This document shows, one piece after another, positions 57,546-64,000 of a stretch of 64,000 nucleotides of DNA. Every line of letters starts with the position of its first letter. Position 1 is the first letter of the stretch. This DNA comes from Candidatus Dormiibacterota bacterium. Lineage in GTDB: Bacteria; Chloroflexota; Dormibacteria; Aeolococcales; Aeolococcaceae. Location: contig OY970355.1 in NCBI GenBank assembly GCA_963718525.1, positions 160,001 to 224,000 of the forward strand, in the 5' to 3' direction. The notes beneath the pieces are model-generated. The model made no database searches. It worked only from the letters and a program-made list of their open reading frames with translations, and had not been told where the DNA came from. Position numbers and translations under genes: made by a program.

Positions 57546-58730
57546 GTGCGACCGTACCGGCAACTTGGCGACGTGCCCCGCAAGCGCCACATGCGTTTCT
57601 CCGACGACGGGCGCATGGCCTATGAAGAGTTGTTTGGACGCGAGGGCTTCAGCGGTCCGTCCTCCCTCCTCTATCACCGCGGCATGCCCGAAGGCGCGCA
57701 GGACGTCAGCGAAGGACCGCGCGATCTCATGACCCCCGAGCACGAGCAGGTGCACACCAACGCCCACCTGAAGGGGTTCGACCTCCCCTCGCAGGGCGAC
57801 GTCATCACCGGCCGGCGGTGGCTCCTCGTCAACGACGACGTGCACATCGGGCTGGTCGCCCCGGTGAGCGCGCAGCAGGTGCTCTACGTCAACGGGTCCG
57901 CCGACGAGGTGCTCTTCGTGCACGCCGGCAGCGGCGCATTGCACAGTCAGTTCGGCCATCTCGCCTTCAAACGGCACGACTACATCGTGATTCCGCGCGG
58001 CACCATCTACCGGATCGACTTCGACGATCTTGCCGACGTGCGCCTCCTCTGCATGGAGGTGACGGGGCTGGTTGACGTGCCAGACCGGTACCGCGCACGC
58101 AACGGCCAGCTCACCGAGTTCGCGCCATACAGTGAGCGCGACTTTCATGGACCGGACTCACTCGAGAGCAGCGTCGACGGCACCGCGGAAATCTGGCTGA
58201 AGCGCTCGAACCACGTGAGTCGCTACATGCTTGATCATCATCCGTTCGACGTCATCGGATGGGACGGGACGATCTACCCCGTGACATTCAACATCCACGA
58301 CTTCGAGCCGCGCGCGGGCAGGTTCCATGTTCCCCCACCGATCCATCAGACATTCCAGGCGCACAACCTGGTCATCTGCTCGTTCGTGCCGCGCAAGCTC
58401 GACTGGGATCCCGAAGCGATCCATCTGCCGTACCACCACAGCAATCTCGACTCGGACGAAGTCCTGTACTACGTCGAGGGCAACTACGCGGCGCGACGCG
58501 GCATCAGCCAGGGGTCGTTCACGCATCACGTCGGTGGGCTTCCCCATGGGCCGCAACCGGGGGCGCTCGAGGCGTCGCTCGACCGTCCACGCGAGACGGA
58601 CGAGCTCGCTGTCATGGTCGACACCTTCCGCCCGTTGCATCGCACCGCGATCGCGCGGCAGATCTACGACCGCGACTACCCGTTCAGCTGGCATACCGGC
58701 GGCGTTTCCGGCACGACCAGCATCGCCTGA
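57546..58730 (+). CDS. hmgA: Homogentisate 1,2-dioxygenase
   Basis: GDVPRKRH, EELFGREGFSG, HHPFDVIGWDG, PPPIHQTF, PYHHSN.DSDE, HGPQPG, ELAVMVDTF. Confidence 0.93.
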   Translation: MRPYRQLGDVPRKRHMRFSDDGRMAYEELFGREGFSGPSSLLYHRGMPEGAQDVSEGPRDLMTPEHEQVHTNAHLKGFDLPSQGDVITGRRWLLVNDDVHIGLVAPVSAQQVLYVNGSADEVLFVHAGSGALHSQFGHLAFKRHDYIVIPRGTIYRIDFDDLADVRLLCMEVTGLVDVPDRYRARNGQLTEFAPYSERDFHGPDSLESSVDGTAEIWLKRSNHVSRYMLDHHPFDVIGWDGTIYPVTFNIHDFEPRAGRFHVPPPIHQTFQAHNLVICSFVPRKLDWDPEAIHLPYHHSNLDSDEVLYYVEGNYAARRGISQGSFTHHVGGLPHGPQPGALEASLDRPRETDELAVMVDTFRPLHRTAIARQIYDRDYPFSWHTGGVSGTTSIA

Positions 58731-58732
58731 AC

Positions 58733-59905
58733 GTGGCGATCTCCCGGTGGTCGCGTGCGCAGCTCCAGGACGGTGGCTGGATCCGCCGCATGTTCATGGA
58801 GGGCGAGCGGCTTCGCGCTGAATTCGGCGAGGAAACCGTGGCCGACCTGTCCATCGGACAGCCCCTCGAGGCGCCGGAAAGCGTCGTCGAGGCGTTCGCC
58901 GCGGCGAGTCGCGAGCGCTTCGTGGGACGCTTCGGCTACATGCCGAACCTCGGCTACGCCGACGTCCGCGAACGCGCCGCGGAGGACGTCGAGTACCCGG
59001 GCATCAGCAGCGATTCCATCGCTATGACCCCGGGCGCGGCCGCGGCGATCGCGATCGCGATCCGGACGTTCGTCGATCCTGGCGACGACGTGATCGGCGT
59101 GGCGCCGTACTTCCCGGAGTTCCGCCTGTACTGCGAGACCGCATCGGCACGATTCGTTCCCGTGCCCGCGGGTCCCGACCTGCGCCTCGACCTCGACGGC
59201 ATCAGCGGAGCGCTCTCCGCGCACACAGCCGCGGTGATCGTGAACTCGCCCTGCAACCCGAGTGGCCACGTGCTGGACGGCGGCGAATTGTCGGGACTGG
59301 CGGCCGTGCTCGAGGCGCACAACAACAAGCACGACCGCAAGGTGCTGCTGATCATCGACGAGGTGTACCGGCGGCTGACGTATCCGCCGCACCGGCGCGT
59401 CGAACCGTTCGACGTCTACGAGCACACCGTGCTCGCCAGGTCGTTCTCGAAGGACCTGGGCGTCGCCGGAGAGCGCATCGGATATCTCGTGCTGCACCCG
59501 TCGCTGGTGAGCGCCGAGACCCACCGAGGCCTCGCCCAGGCGTTGCGCGCGCTCGGATTCGTCAACGCTCCGGCCACGGCGCAACGCGCACTCCTCCACC
59601 TCGAGTCCTGGGAGATCAACGCCGTCCCATATCGGGAACGTCGCGACATCGTCATGGATCGAGTCCGGGCGGACGGCCTGGAGGCGATCGAGCCGGAGGG
59701 TGGGCTCTATCTCTGGTTGCGAAGCCCGTGGCCGGAGACATTGCAGCTCGTCGATGCGCTCACCGCGCGCCGCGTGCTCGTGACACCCGGAATCGCGTTT
59801 GGTGTGCCTTCACACCTGCGACTGTGTTTCAGCGCCCCCCGGCGCAAACTCGAGATGGCGATGGGGGTGCTTGGCGAGCTGGCGGCGAACCCGATCTCAG
59901 CCTGA
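58733..59905 (+). CDS. Class I/II PLP aminotransferase
   Basis: NSPCNPSG, IIDEVY, SFSKDLGVAGERIGY, TPG.AFG. Confidence 0.93.
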   Translation: MAISRWSRAQLQDGGWIRRMFMEGERLRAEFGEETVADLSIGQPLEAPESVVEAFAAASRERFVGRFGYMPNLGYADVRERAAEDVEYPGISSDSIAMTPGAAAAIAIAIRTFVDPGDDVIGVAPYFPEFRLYCETASARFVPVPAGPDLRLDLDGISGALSAHTAAVIVNSPCNPSGHVLDGGELSGLAAVLEAHNNKHDRKVLLIIDEVYRRLTYPPHRRVEPFDVYEHTVLARSFSKDLGVAGERIGYLVLHPSLVSAETHRGLAQALRALGFVNAPATAQRALLHLESWEINAVPYRERRDIVMDRVRADGLEAIEPEGGLYLWLRSPWPETLQLVDALTARRVLVTPGIAFGVPSHLRLCFSAPRRKLEMAMGVLGELAANPISA

Positions 59906-60943
59906 GCGGGACCCAGACGACGTTTGTGAGGGTCGCACCGGGACGTCGTGCTGAAACATGTTGAAGAGCAGCAGGAGCGACGGAACCAGGATGGCGGACC
60001 CGATCGCGAGGGCCACCAGAAGGGGAAGCAGCGTCTGATCCGGCGCTGCCGCGCCACTCACCGTCACCACTCCCGAGAGGACGTCGGGATACTGTCCGAC
60101 TCCCCACGCCCAGAGGACAGCCACCACGGCGAGAGCCGCCGTCATGCGCACCGCAACGAAGTGTTTGCGCAGGAGCAGCAGGATCGACAACCCCCCGAAG
60201 ATGATGCTCGCGAGCACGAGGGGAAGACCGCGGTGGGCGAGGCCGTCAAAGAGCCGTGGTGCGTCCGCGTGAAGGATGCCGATCCCGGCGAGGGCGGTGA
60301 TCCCGGTGATGACCCCCATGACGAGCGCCCGTCGCTGAAAGTACATCGCCAGCTCGGTCTCGTGATGCCGTTCGCAGTCTCGCGTCAGGTAGACCGCAGC
60401 CAGGTACGCGGACACTTCCACTGCGAGGGCGCCGCCCAGAATCGAAGATGGGTTGAGCCAGCTGGTGATGATGTTGCCCTGCGCAATCCCCAATGGGACC
60501 CGCCCCGACGCGATCGCTCCGGCCACTGTTCCGAGAAAGAACGGCGTCAGCACCGACGACGTCGCGAACACAGCGCCAAAGAGGCGTTGCAGGGAGACTT
60601 CTCTGACAGCACCACGAAACGCGAAGGTGGAACCCCGGAGGATCACGCCGAACGCCGCTGCTGTCAGCGGGATGTACAGAGTCGAGGCGATCGCGGCGAA
60701 GACAGTGGGGAACGCGGTCCACGTGACCACCAGAGCAAAGATGAGCCAGACGTGATTGGCTTCCCACACAGGACCGATCGATTCCTCGATGCGGTGGCGT
60801 CTCGGAGCACCCTCGGTTGCCGAGCCCGCGAGTAAATCCCAGAGTCCAGCACCGAAATCAGCCCCGGCGAGCAACACATACGCGGTGATGCCACTCCACA
60901 GAAAGCCGAGCACGACGTTAGCCAGCATCAGGTCGCTCGGCAT
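59897..60943 (-). CDS. cydB: Cytochrome bd oxidase subunit II
   Basis: GADFGAG.WDL, IGPVWEANHVWLIF, QYP. Confidence 0.95.
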   Translation of the reverse strand: MPSDLMLANVVLGFLWSGITAYVLLAGADFGAGLWDLLAGSATEGAPRRHRIEESIGPVWEANHVWLIFALVVTWTAFPTVFAAIASTLYIPLTAAAFGVILRGSTFAFRGAVREVSLQRLFGAVFATSSVLTPFFLGTVAGAIASGRVPLGIAQGNIITSWLNPSSILGGALAVEVSAYLAAVYLTRDCERHHETELAMYFQRRALVMGVITGITALAGIGILHADAPRLFDGLAHRGLPLVLASIIFGGLSILLLLRKHFVAVRMTAALAVVAVLWAWGVGQYPDVLSGVVTVSGAAAPDQTLLPLLVALAIGSAILVPSLLLLFNMFQHDVPVRPSQTSSGSRSG

Positions 60944-62246
60944 TGGTGCGCGCGATGTAGCGCAGCACGAACAGCGTCACCGCGGTCAGCACGGTGTAGA
61001 CCACGAGCATGACCACGAGACCCCAGTACAGGCCTGGCGCCGGATTGACCGCATCCGACGTGCGCATCACCTGGTACACGATCCAGGGTTGGCGTCCCAC
61101 CTCGGTGGTGATCCATCCACATTCCATCGCCACCACCGCGCCCGGCCCCGCCACCAACGCGGCGCGTAGGAACCAGCGCGAGACTGGTGGGCCGCGCCGC
61201 CGGATCCAGCGGATCAACAGCCAGAGTCCAAGGCCGAGCAGCAGAAAGCCGATGCCGACCATGATGTTGAACGAGAGATGAATGAGCGTGACCGCCTCGG
61301 GTCGGTCCGCCGGCGGGACGCTATCGAGACCGACGACGGTCGCGTTCGCATCGCCCTTGGCGAGAAATGCGAGCACGTGGGGCAGGACGATCGCGTACTG
61401 CAGCTGCCCGTTGATGAACAGGCCACCGATGTGCTCGCCGGCGCCGGCTTCGGTATGCGCCAGCCCCTCCATGGCGGCGAGCTTGATCGGCTGATTGTCG
61501 GCGACCTCGCGCGCCGCGATGTCGCCGACAACGATCTGAGCGGGCGTGATCAGAGTCGCAACGATCAGCGGAAGCAACAGCCCGAGCCTGTGGTAGCGGT
61601 CATTCCGACCCCGGAGCCGCGCCGCCGCGTACACGCTCGCAACCAGAAACCCCGTGACCATGAATGCGGCGAGGATCATGTGGATCGTCTCAACCGGGGT
61701 TGCGGGATTGAACATCGCCACCAGCGGCTGTGGATCGGTGACGCGTCCGTTGACCAGTGTGAAGCCCTGCGGGTCGTTCATCCACGAGTTGGCAGTCACC
61801 ACGAAGAACGCTGAGGCGATGCCGGCGATGGCGATGGGGATCCCGCTGGCGAGGTGCCGCATCGGCGTGAGCCGGTCCCACGCATGGAGATAGATCCCGA
61901 GAAAGATCGCCTCGATGAAGAAGGCGAACCCCTCCAGTGCGAACGGCAGGCCGAGAACGGCGCCGAACTCTCCCATCAGCCTGGGCCAGAGCAGGCCCAT
62001 CTCGAACGAGAGAATGGTCCCCGAGACGGCGCCGACCGCGAAGAGGACGCCCGCTACCTTCGCCCAGGTGTGAGCAAGCCGCATTGCGTCTGCATCTCCG
62101 TGGATGCCTCGCCACTCGGCGATGAGGATCAGCGCTGGAAACCCCACGCCGAGGCACGCGAAGACGATGTGCCAGCCGAGAGAGAGGCCCATCTGGGCGC
62201 GTGCGGCTCCAATGTTTGACGCCGCATCGCCGATCACGCTCACCAC
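60918..62246 (-). CDS. cydA: Cytochrome bd oxidase subunit I
   Basis: ARAQMG.SL.WHI, GAVSGT..SFE, EG.AFF.E, QP.KLAAMEG, GWITTEVGRQPW. Confidence 0.96.
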   Translation of the reverse strand: MVSVIGDAASNIGAARAQMGLSLGWHIVFACLGVGFPALILIAEWRGIHGDADAMRLAHTWAKVAGVLFAVGAVSGTILSFEMGLLWPRLMGEFGAVLGLPFALEGFAFFIEAIFLGIYLHAWDRLTPMRHLASGIPIAIAGIASAFFVVTANSWMNDPQGFTLVNGRVTDPQPLVAMFNPATPVETIHMILAAFMVTGFLVASVYAAARLRGRNDRYHRLGLLLPLIVATLITPAQIVVGDIAAREVADNQPIKLAAMEGLAHTEAGAGEHIGGLFINGQLQYAIVLPHVLAFLAKGDANATVVGLDSVPPADRPEAVTLIHLSFNIMVGIGFLLLGLGLWLLIRWIRRRGPPVSRWFLRAALVAGPGAVVAMECGWITTEVGRQPWIVYQVMRTSDAVNPAPGLYWGLVVMLVVYTVLTAVTLFVLRYIARTNAERPDAG

Positions 62247-62279
62247 CCCCCTCCTGCGGTTGCAAGCACGGACGGTAGC

Positions 62280-62774
62280 TTACGCAGGAGGGCGTGTCTC
62301 GTCGGGCCGCACGTAGCGCGGGACGTCACCCTCTCCGACATCGAGGGCGCTCAGGCTGGTTGCCAGATCTGTCAGCGCGTCGGTGAGCTGCTCGAAGGAG
62401 ACTGCGTTGAGCCCGGCGACGGTCTGTTCGGCCACACGCCGCCATGCAGTCTTCAGCTTCGGCAGCAGCGCGATGCCCTCATCCGTCAGTTCGACGATCG
62501 TGGCCCGGCCGTCGGTTGGAGATGGGCGGCGAACCACAAGGCCGGCCGCCTCGAGCTGACGAACGCTCAAGGTGATGGTCGGCGGCTCGTAGCCGCTTGC
62601 AGTCGCGAGCTGGGCCTGGGTGCTGGGACCGGCGGCTTCGAGCTCGAGGAGCAGCAGCTTGTGGCCGGGGTGGATGCCAAAGGGGGCGAGCGCGGCGATG
62701 GCGAGCGCTCGGTGGCGGATGCCGATGGCGCGGATCGCTTCGTTGAACGCGTCGGCCTGATCGAAGTTCATCAA
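62280..62774 (-). CDS. MarR family regulator
   Basis: TQAQLA......PTIT..V..LE.AGLV.R.....DGRA..V.LT..G. Confidence 0.92.
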   Translation of the reverse strand: MMNFDQADAFNEAIRAIGIRHRALAIAALAPFGIHPGHKLLLLELEAAGPSTQAQLATASGYEPPTITLSVRQLEAAGLVVRRPSPTDGRATIVELTDEGIALLPKLKTAWRRVAEQTVAGLNAVSFEQLTDALTDLATSLSALDVGEGDVPRYVRPDETRPPA

Positions 62775-62794
62775 CGAGCCTCTTGACTTCTGGA

Positions 62795-62841
62795 TAGTTA
62801 GTTGTCTAACCTTTAGGCGCCTAAGGTTAGGCCCCTAACTA
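62795..62841. promoter_or_regulatory. Triple MarR-type operator
   Basis: TTAG-N4-CTAA at 62798, 62813 and 62827 between divergent marR and its target. Confidence 0.8.
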
Positions 62842-62908
62842 AGTCTACTGCTGGGCGCGTCGGCGTCGCAGCTGTGCCATCAGCCACGGTTACACGAGGA
62901 GCCCTGAC

Positions 62909-63343
62909 ATGACCACCACAACCATGGACCGCACCGCATCGGCGACACGACCTGGGCTGGCCAGAGCGTTCACGGTCGTCGGAGCGGCGATCGCAGCCGT
63001 CGCCATCTGGGGCATATCGGTGCCACTTCTGGGCGCGCACCTGCTCGTCCGTTTCGGCTCGGGCCCTGCTCAGAGCGTCGGGGTCGACTACATCATCGGC
63101 GCAACCGTGATCGCGTCCCTAGCCGCCTGGGGTGTGCTCGCACTGCTCGAGCGACGGACTCCCCGTGCCCACACGATCTGGACTGCGCTCGCGGTGGTCG
63201 TGCTGATTGCGTCGCTCAGCCTGCCCTTTATAGCGGCAACAACCACGTCGGCCCGTGTGGTCTTGGTTGTAATGCATGTGGCCGTCGCGGCTGTCCTCAT
63301 TGTCGGGTTGCTCCGCGCTGGAGCACCGCAACAGCGTCGCTGA
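62909..63343 (+). CDS. DUF6069-like four-TM membrane protein
   Basis: AAWG.LALLER......W...A..VL..SL..P..........L..MH..VA; GAGGAG SD. Confidence 0.8.
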   Translation: MTTTTMDRTASATRPGLARAFTVVGAAIAAVAIWGISVPLLGAHLLVRFGSGPAQSVGVDYIIGATVIASLAAWGVLALLERRTPRAHTIWTALAVVVLIASLSLPFIAATTTSARVVLVVMHVAVAAVLIVGLLRAGAPQQRR

Positions 63344-63414
63344 ACGTGGCGTCGATCAGCTCCACGAGCTGATCGCGGACGGCTGCCGGACTACGACTGC
63401 TAAATAATGGGCAG

Positions 63415-64000
63415 GTGGCTCACAACGTTGCTCTGGTTCTCGGTGGTGGCGGGGCTGCTGGAAATGCGTGGGAGATCGGTGTCATCGCAGGCTTGGCCGA
63501 AGCTGGTCTCGATATGACAGAGGCCGCCGATCTGGTGATCGGCACCTCGGCCGGTGCCACCGCGGCAGCGCACGTGCGCAGCGGTGTGCCGGCGGCCGAA
63601 CTGCTGGCATCGGTGCTATCCACGCCGGTTCAACCTGTCGGGCAGAGCCGGGAACGGCCGCCGTCCTTGCCCATCGCAACGGTGTTCGAGCGGATGAGGG
63701 CCATCGGCGCCGCCGCCACCTCTGCAGCCGATCTACAGCGTGCGATGGGCGCGTTCGGGTTGGAGAGCGACTCCACGCTGGGACCCGAGGCGGGGGGACA
63801 AAGGCGTGCGATGGTCGCGGCCCGGTTGCCCAGCTCAGAGTGGCCTGACAGGCCGATGATCGTGGTGGCCGTCAACGCGCATACGGGGGAGCTGACTGCG
63901 TTCGACCGCGAATCCGGCGTCGAGCTGGTGGACGCGGTCACGGCGAGCACTGCGGCGCCCGGTCTGGTCCCCACCGTCAGCATCAACGGCGCGCGCTACA
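63415..64000 (+). CDS. Patatin-like phospholipase (partial, runs off right edge; absent from ORF track)
   Basis: VALVLGGGGAAGNAWEIG and GTSAG nucleophile motif. Confidence 0.9.
   Translation, partial: MAHNVALVLGGGGAAGNAWEIGVIAGLAEAGLDMTEAADLVIGTSAGATAAAHVRSGVPAAELLASVLSTPVQPVGQSRERPPSLPIATVFERMRAIGAAATSAADLQRAMGAFGLESDSTLGPEAGGQRRAMVAARLPSSEWPDRPMIVVAVNAHTGELTAFDRESGVELVDAVTASTAAPGLVPTVSINGARY

Overview
High-GC bacterial chromosomal window with about 55 CDS and one tRNA. The gene repertoire and the many leaderless TANNNT promoters suggest a Terrabacteria lineage such as Ca. Dormibacterota, Chloroflexota or Actinomycetota (inference). Left part (1-19.6 kb) is an accessory region around tRNA-Gly(CCC) and a lone tyrosine recombinase. 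Between about 3.5 and 8.3 kb, unrelated single genes are separated by same-orientation copies of a conserved ~30-bp motif (GCT-N6-ACATT-YRCGG-ATGCT-SGCSTG), which looks like a non-integron gene-cassette array. The recombinase itself is flanked by circularly permuted repeats. The middle holds an acyl-CoA ligase, hemE-hemH, an MMPL transporter, a large mannosylation cluster (GDP-Man pyrophosphorylase/PMM, GT4, PIG-V-like, GT2, GT-C, PMT), nadA, a second glyco/CPBP cluster and two structured-RNA candidates, one of them 6S-like. The right part holds a LexA-boxed imuA-imuB-DUF6504-dnaE2 mutasome. Its dnaE2 carries two inverted copies of an ~84-bp covarying palindromic element inserted in frame. After it come aromatic catabolism genes (PaaZ-type ALDH, hmgA, aminotransferase), cydAB, a MarR pair and a partial patatin. 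Three genes have single-base frameshifts, which may be sequencing errors. All alignments and structures were done by eye; no database searches were run.
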